Shown here: piece after piece, positions 1 to 8,720 of the stretch | Layout: the number at the start of each line of letters is the position of its first letter | How positions within the stretch are numbered: the first letter of the stretch is position 1 | DNA from: Candidatus Methanogranum sp. | Lineage (GTDB): Archaea > Thermoplasmatota > Thermoplasmata > Methanomassiliicoccales > Methanomethylophilaceae | NCBI GenBank assembly: GCA_050309445.1 | Contig: JBNRMI010000023.1 | Coordinates: 29,089-93,088 of the forward strand | Direction of reading: 5' to 3' | DNA length: 64,000 bases | Position numbers and translations under genes: made by a program | Notes under the pieces: generated by a model | What the model was told of the DNA's origin: nothing | What the model saw: the letters and a program-made list of their open reading frames with translations, nothing else | Database searches by the model: none

Positions 1-530
1 CCGGTGACGATGTCGACGATCCTCCCCTTGGTGCCCACGTCCTCGTCCGCGGGCATGACCTGCGACGTCTTCACGCCGATGGCGGCGAAATCCTCGAAGT
101 CGACCGGGCACTGCGACACCACCACCGCGGGGATGTCGACGTACCTGAGGATCAGCCGCGCCTTGTAGATGATATGCGTGCGGACGTTGCCCAGATGGAT
201 CAGCGCGAGCTTGAACTGCTGGATCCTGTCCGCCTCGATCGGGTCGAGCCCGAAATGGGTGCCGGTCGAGAAGTCGGGGGCGTCCGCCGGGACGCCGCCG
301 CCGGCGTTGACCACCAGCACGCTGGAGTCGATGCCCTCCTCGCGCAGCGCATAGGTGATCTCGCAGACCGGTTTGGTTATGTGCCTCCGCCCGGGCCCCA
401 TGGCGATCACGACCACGTCGCGCCCGCTCTCGGAGATCGTCGCCCGCTGCGCCAGGCCCCCGCCCGTCCCCATCCCCATCGATTCCCTGCACTCGACGAA
501 GCTGAGGTGCCGCCCTATCTGCTTCTTCAC
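1..530 (-). CDS. mcrC: Methyl-coenzyme M reductase operon protein C (McrC), N-terminal ~176 codons; gene continues past the window start
   Basis: Own translation of the minus strand from GTG at 530: [87 protein letters not shown]... This matches the conserved McrC core as I remember it ([22 protein letters not shown]). The GTG overlaps the atwA stop (GTGA). Not in the ORF track because it is truncated by the window edge. Confidence 0.8.
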   Translation of the reverse strand, partial: MKKQIGRHLSFVECRESMGMGTGGGLAQRATISESGRDVVVIAMGPGRRHITKPVCEITYALREEGIDSSVLVVNAGGGVPADAPDFSTGTHFGLDPIEADRIQQFKLALIHLGNVRTHIIYKARLILRYVDIPAVVVSQCPVDFEDFAAIGVKTSQVMPADEDVGTKGRIVDIVT

Positions 531-2140
531 TCGTCTCCACCTTCCGCCCCGTTCGCCTCTTCATAGAGATCGAACTGTCTGATGATCTCCTCCGGGTCGC
601 CGATGGCGACGACCTTGCCGTCGCGCATGAAGGCGGCGCGGTCGCAGCAGTTGAGGATGAAATCCATGTCGTGGCTGACGACCACGAAGGTCTCGCCCAG
701 CGTCTCCCTGGCCTTGAGCACCGACTTCGCCACGATGGTCTTGGTGATCGGGTCCATCGTGCCGGTCGGCTCGTCGAGGATGACGATGCGGGGCTCCTTG
801 ATCAGCACCTGGGCGAAGGCGATGCGCTGGGTCTCGCCGACGCTGAGGTTGCCGGGATATGAATAGAGGATTTTCTCGATGTCCTTCTTGTGGAAGCCGA
901 CGCTCAGCAGCACCTGGATTGCCTTCATCTTCGCCAGCTCGGCGGGCATCTTCATGCCGATGCAGGTCGAGAGGTTCTGCAGGACGGTGTCGAACGGGTA
1001 GAGGGTGAACTCCTGATGCAGCACGCCGATGTAGGGGGTCGCCCGGCCCTTGCCGGCGAAACCCTCCTCGGACATGTTGACCCACTCGTCGCCGATCCTC
1101 ACCTTGACCGAGCCCTTGGTCACCGGCGACATGCCGGCGATCATGCGCGAGGTGGTGGTCTTGCCCGCTCCGGACAGCCCGATCAGCGCGAAGACCTCGT
1201 TCTCCTTGATGTCGAAGGTGATGCCGTCGACCGCCCTGACCACGCCCCGGACCACCGAGAAGAAGTGCTTCTGCGCATCCTTGAGCTCGATGACCGGCTC
1301 GCCGAGCTCGAAGGCCTCCGCCCGCTCGAACGAATAACCCTCCATGAACCGCTCGCAGACCATCCGCGGACGGCCCTCGTCGACGACCTCCCCGGCATCC
1401 AGCCAGATGGCGTGGTCGGCCATCTCCTCGATGGCCTCGGGCCAGTGGGAGCTGATGACCATGCAGATGTCGTTCTCCCTCACGTACTCGACCAGCCGTT
1501 TGTGCACCAGCCGGGCGGTGTTGGGGTCCAGCGTCCCGGTGGGCTCGTCGGCGAGGAAGAACAGCGGCTCCTTGGCCAGCTGCCGGGCGATGACCACCCG
1601 CTGCTTCTCGCCGCCGGACAGGTCCCGGGCGATGTGGGTGGTGCGGTGCATCATGTTGACGAACTCGAGCAGCTCGATCACCTTGCCGATCTTGTCCTTG
1701 GTGCCGTCGGGCACCGCCTCGAGCACGTTCTCGACCACGGTCATGTCGCCGAAGAGGGCGAAGGTGCGCTGCAGCATGATCGCGATGCGGCCCTTGACCG
1801 CCAATCGCAGCGGGTCGAACTCCTTGAGCGCCCAGTAATCGACCAGTTTGTTGTCGCATTCGGCACCGCATACGGTGCATTTGACGCCGGGGTAAGGCAG
1901 GTCCACGTTGCCGCATTTGCGGCACAGGTTGATGTTGTACAGCACCCTGCCCGAGTCGGGACGGTACTCCTCGGTGCCCCTCAGCATGTGGATCAGCACG
2001 CTCTTGCCCGCGGCGCTCTTGCCGATCAGACCCAGTATCTCGCCGGTCCTGAGTTTGGCGCTGACATTCTTCAGCACCGTCCGGCCATCGAATATTTTCG
2101 TCACATCTTCCACGATGAGGAGATCGACCGCTTTTGCCAT
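527..2140 (-). CDS. atwA: MCR activation system component A2 (double ABC-ATPase)
   Basis: 537-aa ORF with two ABC halves: Walker A GKSAAGKS and GLSGAGKT, signatures LSGGEKQR and LSVGETQR. A Cys4 insert (CRKCG...CTVCG) sits in the first half. Size and architecture fit component A2, and it lies directly upstream of mcrC. Confidence 0.9.
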   Translation of the reverse strand: MAKAVDLLIVEDVTKIFDGRTVLKNVSAKLRTGEILGLIGKSAAGKSVLIHMLRGTEEYRPDSGRVLYNINLCRKCGNVDLPYPGVKCTVCGAECDNKLVDYWALKEFDPLRLAVKGRIAIMLQRTFALFGDMTVVENVLEAVPDGTKDKIGKVIELLEFVNMMHRTTHIARDLSGGEKQRVVIARQLAKEPLFFLADEPTGTLDPNTARLVHKRLVEYVRENDICMVISSHWPEAIEEMADHAIWLDAGEVVDEGRPRMVCERFMEGYSFERAEAFELGEPVIELKDAQKHFFSVVRGVVRAVDGITFDIKENEVFALIGLSGAGKTTTSRMIAGMSPVTKGSVKVRIGDEWVNMSEEGFAGKGRATPYIGVLHQEFTLYPFDTVLQNLSTCIGMKMPAELAKMKAIQVLLSVGFHKKDIEKILYSYPGNLSVGETQRIAFAQVLIKEPRIVILDEPTGTMDPITKTIVAKSVLKARETLGETFVVVSHDMDFILNCCDRAAFMRDGKVVAIGDPEEIIRQFDLYEEANGAEGGDE

Positions 2141-2162
2141 GCAGACAGGGAGTGTATCATGG

Positions 2163-2252
2163 CATATAAATTAGTGGCAACGAAATCTGCGGGGGCCCGT
2201 AAGGCGGCGGCGGCCGGTGCCAGCTCGGCCCCGGTGCTCAGTATATTTATAT
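2163..2252. promoter_or_regulatory. Divergent promoter region with two TATA boxes (atwA side 2163-2172, plus-strand side 2242-2252)
   Basis: AATTTATATG (minus-strand reading) is centred ~27 nt from the atwA ATG at 2140. TATATTTATAT is centred ~30 nt from the ATG at 2277. These are the only AT-rich islands in a GC-rich spacer, so both transcripts are leaderless or nearly so. Confidence 0.5.
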
Positions 2253-2276
2253 CGATGGATGCGATAACCGTCCCGT

Positions 2277-3233
2277 ATGGCCCTGCGAAGAAACCCGGGG
2301 CACGGCGGCCCCATACCCAAATACAACGAATACCACATCTGGAAATCGCTTTACCATCTGAATGAATCCGGTCCGATCGGCAGGAAACGCCTGGCCGCGA
2401 TGCTGGGCATCGGGGAGGGGAGCACCAGGTCCATCCTCAACATGCTCCAGGAGAACGGGCTGATCACCATCAACAAGACCGGGGTCGTGATGACGACCGA
2501 GGGCAAGGAGTGCTGGAGGTCGGCGTTCATGGAGGTCCGCGAGATAGACCTGGAGGGCATGACCATCGGGGATGCGGACAGCATCGTCCGCGTGCCGTCG
2601 ATGGCCAACAAGGTGACCTACGGCTGCGAGGAGCGCGATTGCGCGATCAGGGCCGGGGCCGCCGGGGCGACCACGCTCGTGTGCGAAGGCAAGGACATCC
2701 TCTTCCCGGGCTCCAAGCATGCGGTCGGACCCGAGGTCGAACTCGCGATCCGCAGCACCGTCAAGGTGGTGGACAACGATGTGCTGATCATCGGCACCGC
2801 CGACGACGTCGAATCCGCGGAGATGGGCGCGGTGATCGCCGGGCTGGAACTGCTCGGCGGCCTGCGCATCAACCGGGACCTCGATGTGGTCTTCAACGAG
2901 CGGAGCACCGGCAGCGAGCTGATCTCGCTGGCATTCGCCATCCACAACCTGGTCGGCGGCCTGCCTGTCTGCGCCAAGAGCCGGGACAACCTCGGCATCA
3001 GGATCGAATCCGGCATGGTCATCGACAACGCCTACACCGGAGCCGTCCTCGAGGAGGTGATCGCCGTGGGCACCACCATCCGCAAGATCGCCACCTCGGG
3101 CCCGTACAAGGGCATCAAGGTAATCGTCACGCCCATCGAGCTGGACAGCAGGGTCATCGCCGCGATCGGCGTGGTCGACGTCAGGTCGATGGCGGGGGTC
3201 AACAACCTCATCAGATTGAGGAGTGATGAATGA
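2277..3233 (+). CDS. Conserved archaeal protein: N-terminal winged-helix-like domain plus a ~240-aa domain of unknown function (DUF4443/DUF2111-like from memory)
   Basis: 318-aa ORF with strong GC3 bias. The N-terminus GPIGRKRLAAMLGIGEGSTRSILNMLQENGLI looks like an HTH. The rest is globular with no catalytic motif I recognise. The stop overlaps the next ATG (ATGA). Confidence 0.7.
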   Translation: MALRRNPGHGGPIPKYNEYHIWKSLYHLNESGPIGRKRLAAMLGIGEGSTRSILNMLQENGLITINKTGVVMTTEGKECWRSAFMEVREIDLEGMTIGDADSIVRVPSMANKVTYGCEERDCAIRAGAAGATTLVCEGKDILFPGSKHAVGPEVELAIRSTVKVVDNDVLIIGTADDVESAEMGAVIAGLELLGGLRINRDLDVVFNERSTGSELISLAFAIHNLVGGLPVCAKSRDNLGIRIESGMVIDNAYTGAVLEEVIAVGTTIRKIATSGPYKGIKVIVTPIELDSRVIAAIGVVDVRSMAGVNNLIRLRSDE

Positions 3234-3547
3234 TGGAGTGCAAGGTCACCGTCAACCCCGGAGCCTGCAAGATGAAGACCGTGATCGTCGCCGAGATGGA
3301 TGAGGACATGAACGTCGTCTTCACCGCGGACACCGAGTGCCAGCACGTCAAGGAGATGATCGATGCGCTCCCGGCGATCTCCCCCTACGAGGAGCTCGAA
3401 CGCTCCTTCCTGGAGTCCGAGATCTACAAGGCCGCCGCCCGCTGCATCGCCCATCTCGCCTGCCCCGTGCCCTGCGCGATGGTCAAGGCCGCCGAGGCGG
3501 CCAGCGGTCTGGGGCTCAAACGCGATGTCGACTTCGTCATCGAGTGA
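3230..3547 (+). CDS. Small Cys-rich protein of unknown function (6 Cys, includes CIAHLACPVPC)
   Basis: 105-aa ORF translationally coupled (ATGA) to the upstream gene. Cys residues lie in ECKV, GACKM, TECQH and RCIAHLACPVPC. Possibly a DUF6951-type family; this is unverified. Confidence 0.65.
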   Translation: MMECKVTVNPGACKMKTVIVAEMDEDMNVVFTADTECQHVKEMIDALPAISPYEELERSFLESEIYKAAARCIAHLACPVPCAMVKAAEAASGLGLKRDVDFVIE

Positions 3548-3562
3548 CGGGGGCGATTTGCG

Positions 3563-3576
3563 CTATATGTTTATAC
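3563..3576 (+). promoter_or_regulatory. TATA box for the 3599-5380 unit
   Basis: CTATATGTTTATAC lies 23-36 nt upstream of the ATG at 3599. Confidence 0.45.
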
Positions 3577-3598
3577 CTACGATAGGATTCAGACGGCA

Positions 3599-4147
3599 AT
3601 GACAGACGGAGATATCGACAAACCGTTGGAGATCGTGCGCGGCCTCAGAGGCGTGGTGCAGGCTTTCTATCTGGATGACGAGATCCTCGAGCAGATGCGG
3701 GAGGAGGAGTCCAAGGTCCGTGCGGCCGGGGACATCACCGTGGACAACCAGGGTTTCGCCCAGGCGCTGGAGCGGGACGCGGTCATCTGCATCATCAAGG
3801 ACCCGCGATTCCGACCGCCTCCCGATCCCACCGTCCTGCTGATGTCCGGCGAAGGGGAGGTCATGGGGGTCGAGGTGTTCCCCTGGACCTCCGAGGAGTA
3901 CCTGAACCGGGACGATGTCGCCTGGTTGTCGGATGCCTTCGTGCTGTTCCCCCATGTGAAGGTCGAGGGCGGGGAGCACTTCGTCATGCCCCCGGTGCCG
4001 TTCCCCGAATTGGATGAGGCGGACGGATGCAGGGATGTCATCTCCTGCAGCCCGGCACCGACCTGCGACCTCATGATGAGGAAGTACATGGGTTACGCCG
4101 ACGATGCCAGGCTGGCATCGATCCTCATCGCCTTCAACCGGGACTGA
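3599..4147 (+). CDS. Hypothetical 182-aa acidic protein with no recognisable domain, co-transcribed with ycaO
   Basis: ORF with consistent GC3 bias and its own TATA. It ends 15-27 nt before the ycaO start. No P-loop, radical-SAM, TfuA-like or metal-cluster motif is visible. Confidence 0.65.
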   Translation: MTDGDIDKPLEIVRGLRGVVQAFYLDDEILEQMREEESKVRAAGDITVDNQGFAQALERDAVICIIKDPRFRPPPDPTVLLMSGEGEVMGVEVFPWTSEEYLNRDDVAWLSDAFVLFPHVKVEGGEHFVMPPVPFPELDEADGCRDVISCSPAPTCDLMMRKYMGYADDARLASILIAFNRD

Positions 4148-4174
4148 GGCCGCCGCGGACGGGTGAATCCGGGG

Positions 4175-5380
4175 ATGATCCTCAACCGCTGCCCCAAGCA
4201 CTCGCCCGGTGAGGGCATCCGCACCGTGCCTCCGGCCGCGACCATCGAACGGGTGCTGCCGCTGCTGCCCCTGATGGGCATGGACGAGCCGGAGGAGATC
4301 ACCGCATCCGACGACGTCGGCATCCCCGTGTTCTCGATCGGCCGCCCCGACGCCCCCGCCGGCAGATTCTACAACGGCAAGGGCCCGACCGCCGAGCAGG
4401 CGCTGGCCTCAGGGCTGATGGAGGCGGCCGAGCGCTACAGCGCCGAACGCCGCGAGACGGACGAGGTCGTCTACGGCACCTACGACCAGGCGGTCGGGGT
4501 CGGCCTGACCGTCAACCCGCAGGACCTGATCCTGCCGGTCAACACCCTCAGCTACTACCGCAGCGCCGAGATCGCCTGGACCGAGGGCTACGAGCTGCTC
4601 CGGGGGGAGCCTGTCTGGATCCCCTCCTGCGCCGTCTTCTACCCCTACCGCGGCGATTCGGACCTGCAGCTCTTCGGCTACCACACCAACGGCCTCGCCA
4701 CCGGCAACACCCTCGAGGAGGCGGTGCTGCATTCGCTGCTCGAGCTGATCGAGCGGGATGCCTGGACCATCGCCGAGGAGCGCGGTACCCCCGGGACCGA
4801 CGTGACCGTCGACCCGGATTCAGTGCCCGGGCGGCTGCTGCGGCGGTTCGCCGACGCCGGCGTCGAGGTCCGCCTCAGGGACCTCACCAGCGATGTCGGC
4901 ATCACGACCATCGGAGCAGCCGCCGACGATGTGCGCACCCGCGACCCGGAGATGCTGACCGTGGGCGCCGGCACCCACCTCGACCCGGCGATCGCCTGCG
5001 TGCGGGCGATCACCGAGGTGGCCCAGAGCCGCGCCACCCACCGCCACGGCCGCAAGATCGACGCCAAACGGCGGCAGGATGCGCTGGACCTCGGCTACGA
5101 GCGGATGAAGGAGATGAACCGGCTGTGGTACGGGGAATCCGGGCGCAGCGTGCGTCTGGAGGACCTGCCGCAGCTGGCGACGCCCTACGTCCTCGACGAC
5201 ATCGAGGTCGTCCTCGACCGGCTGGTGGCGACGGGTTTCGACATGGTCGCCGTCGCCGACCTCACCCGCGGGGAGATCGGCGTGCCCTGCGTCCGCTGCG
5301 TCGTGCCCGGGCTCGAGGTGGCGACGATGGACCCGTCGCGCATCGGGGCGCGGGCGCGGGGACTGCCGTTCAGGCGCTGA
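4175..5380 (+). CDS. ycaO: YcaO-family ATP-dependent amide activator (methanogenesis marker 1; McrA thioglycine formation)
   Basis: YcaO core motifs are present: YNGKGPTAEQALASGLMEAAERYS and HTNGLATGNTLEEAVLHSLLELIERDAW. About 400 aa, lying next to mcr genes. The ORF track starts at GTG 4163; ATG 4175 (MILNRCPKH...) is preferred. Confidence 0.85.
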   Translation: MILNRCPKHSPGEGIRTVPPAATIERVLPLLPLMGMDEPEEITASDDVGIPVFSIGRPDAPAGRFYNGKGPTAEQALASGLMEAAERYSAERRETDEVVYGTYDQAVGVGLTVNPQDLILPVNTLSYYRSAEIAWTEGYELLRGEPVWIPSCAVFYPYRGDSDLQLFGYHTNGLATGNTLEEAVLHSLLELIERDAWTIAEERGTPGTDVTVDPDSVPGRLLRRFADAGVEVRLRDLTSDVGITTIGAAADDVRTRDPEMLTVGAGTHLDPAIACVRAITEVAQSRATHRHGRKIDAKRRQDALDLGYERMKEMNRLWYGESGRSVRLEDLPQLATPYVLDDIEVVLDRLVATGFDMVAVADLTRGEIGVPCVRCVVPGLEVATMDPSRIGARARGLPFRR

Positions 5381-5498
5381 ATCCCGCCGACGCCGGTATC
5401 GGGCGCGACGCTGAAGTCATCTCGCGGACGGCATTCCGCCGCGTGCGGGTCCCGCATCGCGACGGCGTCGCCGCGGGATCGGATTATAGAAGGGTATG

Positions 5499-5518
5499 CC
5501 CCCTCCCGGAGGAGGGGG
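5499..5518. terminator. Perfect 8-bp GC hairpin between convergent ycaO and mcr operons
   Basis: CCCCCTCC-CGGA-GGAGGGGG, located in the 166-bp convergent spacer. Confidence 0.4.
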
Positions 5519-5545
5519 TAAAGGATTTGTCTAAGGGGTTTACGC

Positions 5546-5833
5546 TCATCCGCCGCCGGAGGGCATGAAGTCGGAGATGTCCACCTCCGCCTGCATCTCG
5601 GCATCGAGATCGGCGGGCAGACCCTTCTTCTTCACGTCCTCGGCGGAGACCTCCGCGGTCCTCGAGGCGGCATCCCGGTACTCCGAGGCGTCGGCCGGGA
5701 TCAGGCGCGATGCCAGGTAGTAGAGGTCGGTCGTGTCCAGTTTGACCCAGACATCTCCGTCCCTCTCCCTGACCTCGGTCACCTTCCCGACCGTCGATGT
5801 CGGTATGTACTTGAGGATGTCGCCCGGCTCCAC
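5546..5833 (-). CDS. Small conserved protein (95 aa), fifth gene of the mcr operon; possibly DUF2098-like
   Basis: The track ORF 5546-6136 overlaps mcrA out of frame. The plausible start is GTG at 5833, 5 nt after the mcrA stop: VEPGDILKYIPTSTVGKVTEVRERDGDVWVKLDTTDLYYLASRLIPAD..., followed by an acidic tail. Confidence 0.55.
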   Translation of the reverse strand: MEPGDILKYIPTSTVGKVTEVRERDGDVWVKLDTTDLYYLASRLIPADASEYRDAASRTAEVSAEDVKKKGLPADLDAEMQAEVDISDFMPSGGG

Positions 5834-5838
5834 GGGGA

Positions 5839-7503
5839 TCAGCCCTTGATGACCGCGGATCTCTCGCCGGCGGGCACGAACTCCCTGAGGCCTCCGCGGC
5901 CGAACTCCTTCGTGACGTTGGCGTAGTCGAAGACCAGGCTGGGGTCGGCGAAGGCGACGCGGATGAAGGGGTTGGCGCAGTAGGCGTCGCCGCGGGCGGC
6001 GTGAGCCGCCTTGGGGATGCCCGCGTAGCCGGACTGGTGTCCGACGTTCATCGCGTAGTTCGGGTAGTTGGGGCCCCTGAGCTCCATCGGCAGGCCCTCG
6101 TCGGACCTGTAGCTGAAGGAGTTGGCGGAGCCGCACTGGTCCTGCAGATCGTATCCGTAGAACCCGAGCCTGCCCGACCTCTCCTTGTGCTGGAGCTGCG
6201 AGAGGTACCAGCCGTTGACACCGCAGTCGGCGTTACCGGTGGCGAACGCGGTCGCGATACCGGTGGTGGCCGCCGCGATGTTCGCCCTCTGGGACCCGCC
6301 GAAGTGGGTCTCCATGATCGCGGGGTACTTCTCGTACATCTCGAGCGCGTAGGTGTTGATCTCGTCGCCCAGCTTCAGGAGGGTGTCGGAGTTGCCTGCG
6401 TCGGTGCCGCAGAATCCGCCGTACTTGTCCTTGATCACGTCGATCGAGTGGTACACGTAGTCCTCGAGGATGTTATCCGTGTAGGTGGCGGAGGCGTACT
6501 GGGTGAACCCGACGCCGCCGGACATGTACCCGCCGAGGTAGATCTGGTCGTAGACCGCCGCTCCCAGCGCGACCGTCTCGAGGACGGCCCGGCCGGGGTC
6601 GTCGGGGTAGACACGGTCGGACTGGACCATATCGGACAGGTATCCGTATGACAGACCGCCGGGCTCGTTGGGCCCCCTGACACGCCTTGCGGGCATCATG
6701 GTGCTCATGCCGATCGACTGGTGCTTGGCCGAGTAGGCGAAGTCGGCGATGGCCGCTTCGCCCGCCGCGAGCTTGTACGCGGAGATGAAGGCCATCGAGA
6801 TCTGCATCGCCGCATGCCTGGAGACGGTTCCTCCGTCCATGATCCTGCCGACGATGGTCGGCACGCGCACGGCCTGCATCATGGTCTTGCCGATCGCCTT
6901 CTTGAGCTGCTCCGCCTGCTCTGCGGGGAACAGCTTGTTGATGTCGATCACGAACCTGGGGTCGATCTCGTCGATGATCTCGTCGTTGCCGGAGAACACC
7001 TTGACGTAGGAGTCCCACACGAGTGCGGGGTTGATCTCCGCCATGTGCTCCTGAACGACCGCTCCGCCGGGGACGGTGTGGTTGACGACCTCGAGATAGG
7101 TGTTGATCGTCTCGGGAGTGACCTCCTTGCCGAGCCTCTTCTCGATGGTGTTGTGCGGGGAGTCGAGTCCGACGAGGACCGTCCTCCTGATGTCGTCCCA
7201 TGCCTGCTGGATCGCACAGTTGTTGACACAGTGCAGATCGTCAGCCTCCACGTAGATATCCGTGTGGGAGAGCTGGTAGGGCATCCAGGACCTCTGTCCG
7301 AGCGGGACGCCGACATCCTGATTCATCATCGGGATGCCGCGCTTCTCCGCGATCGCCTGAGCCGACTTCTGGAACTCAACCTTGCTCTTCGACTGTTTCC
7401 AACCTCCGTAGCGGTAGTAGCTGGTATCCATGTCAGTCGGATCCTCTTTGAACTTCTTCTTGCAAGCGTCCATGAAGAGTTTCTGATCTTTCTTAGCTGC
7501 CAT
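5839..7503 (-). CDS. mcrA: Methyl-coenzyme M reductase alpha subunit
   Basis: 554 aa with hallmark strings [53 protein letters not shown] and FVPAGERS. Confidence 0.97.
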   Translation of the reverse strand: MAAKKDQKLFMDACKKKFKEDPTDMDTSYYRYGGWKQSKSKVEFQKSAQAIAEKRGIPMMNQDVGVPLGQRSWMPYQLSHTDIYVEADDLHCVNNCAIQQAWDDIRRTVLVGLDSPHNTIEKRLGKEVTPETINTYLEVVNHTVPGGAVVQEHMAEINPALVWDSYVKVFSGNDEIIDEIDPRFVIDINKLFPAEQAEQLKKAIGKTMMQAVRVPTIVGRIMDGGTVSRHAAMQISMAFISAYKLAAGEAAIADFAYSAKHQSIGMSTMMPARRVRGPNEPGGLSYGYLSDMVQSDRVYPDDPGRAVLETVALGAAVYDQIYLGGYMSGGVGFTQYASATYTDNILEDYVYHSIDVIKDKYGGFCGTDAGNSDTLLKLGDEINTYALEMYEKYPAIMETHFGGSQRANIAAATTGIATAFATGNADCGVNGWYLSQLQHKERSGRLGFYGYDLQDQCGSANSFSYRSDEGLPMELRGPNYPNYAMNVGHQSGYAGIPKAAHAARGDAYCANPFIRVAFADPSLVFDYANVTKEFGRGGLREFVPAGERSAVIKG

Positions 7504-7505
7504 GA

Positions 7506-8282
7506 TTATTCACCTTTCACTTTGAACGGCCGGTAACCGCCGAGCGTCCTCAGGAGGTGGATCCTGAGGCCGTATTTCGTGACCTCCTGGTCATCGATCA
7601 TGTCCACGCCGTCGACCCTGAAGATGGTTGTCCTGTTCTTCAGGTCGCTGAGGGATGCGGGCTTGCCGAGGCTGATCCTCCGGTCAAGGGGCAGGGCGAC
7701 CTGATCCTTGACGTAGACGACCTCCTTCTTGTCGCTGTCCCACACGTATCTCTGCCAGGCGTCGAACATCAGCCCGTTCTCGTCGAGACGGCAGGCGTGA
7801 CCGTGGACGGTCGCGCCCCTGATGCCGGTGAGAGCGGGGTCGAATGTCTCGTTGTCGATGAGCTCCTTGGCGAGGACCTCGAGGTCCCTCTCCCTCATCT
7901 CGATGATCTGCCTGCCCGAGAGCGTACCGGTGTCGATGCCTCTGTATCTGGAGAGGTACATCCAGGCCCTCTGGTAGGGGGAGATCGGCGCGAAGTAGAC
8001 GGAGTCCGTGAACTGGATGTACCTGATCCGGTCCCCGTGCTTGGCGCCCTCGATGGGCTCAACGAGCTTCCTGATGGGGCACTCCGGCTCCTTGCCCTCC
8101 TCGATCGGGGGGTGGATGGACTTGAAGTCCTCGCCGGGGTTCCTGTGTCCCATGATCCTCACGACATCATCCATGGCGATGTCGCGGAGTTTCTTCAGCT
8201 TAACCTTGGGATCCAGGTACCTCCTCCTGTTCTCGGCGGGGGATGTGGATCCGGGGTAGAACTGCCTTTTGTATGCTGCCAT
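7506..8282 (-). CDS. mcrG: Methyl-coenzyme M reductase gamma subunit
   Basis: 258 aa, begins [25 protein letters not shown]. Position between mcrD and mcrA, and the size is typical. Confidence 0.92.
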   Translation of the reverse strand: MAAYKRQFYPGSTSPAENRRRYLDPKVKLKKLRDIAMDDVVRIMGHRNPGEDFKSIHPPIEEGKEPECPIRKLVEPIEGAKHGDRIRYIQFTDSVYFAPISPYQRAWMYLSRYRGIDTGTLSGRQIIEMRERDLEVLAKELIDNETFDPALTGIRGATVHGHACRLDENGLMFDAWQRYVWDSDKKEVVYVKDQVALPLDRRISLGKPASLSDLKNRTTIFRVDGVDMIDDQEVTKYGLRIHLLRTLGGYRPFKVKGE

Positions 8283-8288
8283 ATTAAT

Positions 8289-8720
8289 TCACCTGTAATC
8301 TATCAGCGTAGGTTTGAACTTGGAGTATCTCCCGACATGCATGGAGTAGCCGTGCGTCAGATGCTCATCTGCCGCCGCTCTGATCTCCTCCACCGCGGAA
8401 TCCAGCTGCTCCTCGTCCTCGACGTCGAGTTCAACGTAGAAGGCGCCAACCTGGTATCGGAGCTCAACCTCGCGATCGCCGACCTTGACGGTGCGGCGTT
8501 CGGTATGGTTGTTGTCGAGCCCCTTGTTGGGGCCGCTGCCGAGTACTGCGGGCAGGCTCTCGCCGGTCATGTTGATCTGCCGGGCGCAAGCGACGCAATC
8601 CAAGGCGTTGAGCATCTTCTCGGTGGTCTCCACGTTGAGGAGCCTGTCGGAGAAGATCTCCACCTCGGGAAGGGGTATGCCCGCGTATTCCGCTGTCGGT
8701 TTCTTACTCATGGGTATCAA
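8289..8720 (-). CDS. mcrD: Methyl-coenzyme M reductase operon protein D
   Basis: 143 aa between mcrB and mcrG. Overlaps the mcrB stop by 4 nt. Sequence and length fit McrD. Confidence 0.85.
   Translation of the reverse strand: MIPMSKKPTAEYAGIPLPEVEIFSDRLLNVETTEKMLNALDCVACARQINMTGESLPAVLGSGPNKGLDNNHTERRTVKVGDREVELRYQVGAFYVELDVEDEEQLDSAVEEIRAAADEHLTHGYSMHVGRYSKFKPTLIDYR

Noticed and set aside
890-2365. 491-aa ORF on the plus strand opposite atwA
   Set aside because: It is antisense to a gene with unambiguous ABC motifs. The translation is Arg/Gly/His/Asp/Leu-rich low-information sequence, typical of mirror frames in GC-rich DNA.
3599-4147. TfuA encoded upstream of ycaO
   Set aside because: The sequence shows no resemblance to the TfuA pattern I remember, so it is kept as an unknown (see findings) rather than called tfuA.
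5834-6136. Upstream part of track ORF 5546-6136
   Set aside because: It overlaps the mcrA C-terminus out of frame with an Arg/Pro-rich translation. Only the part after the mcrA stop looks like a protein.
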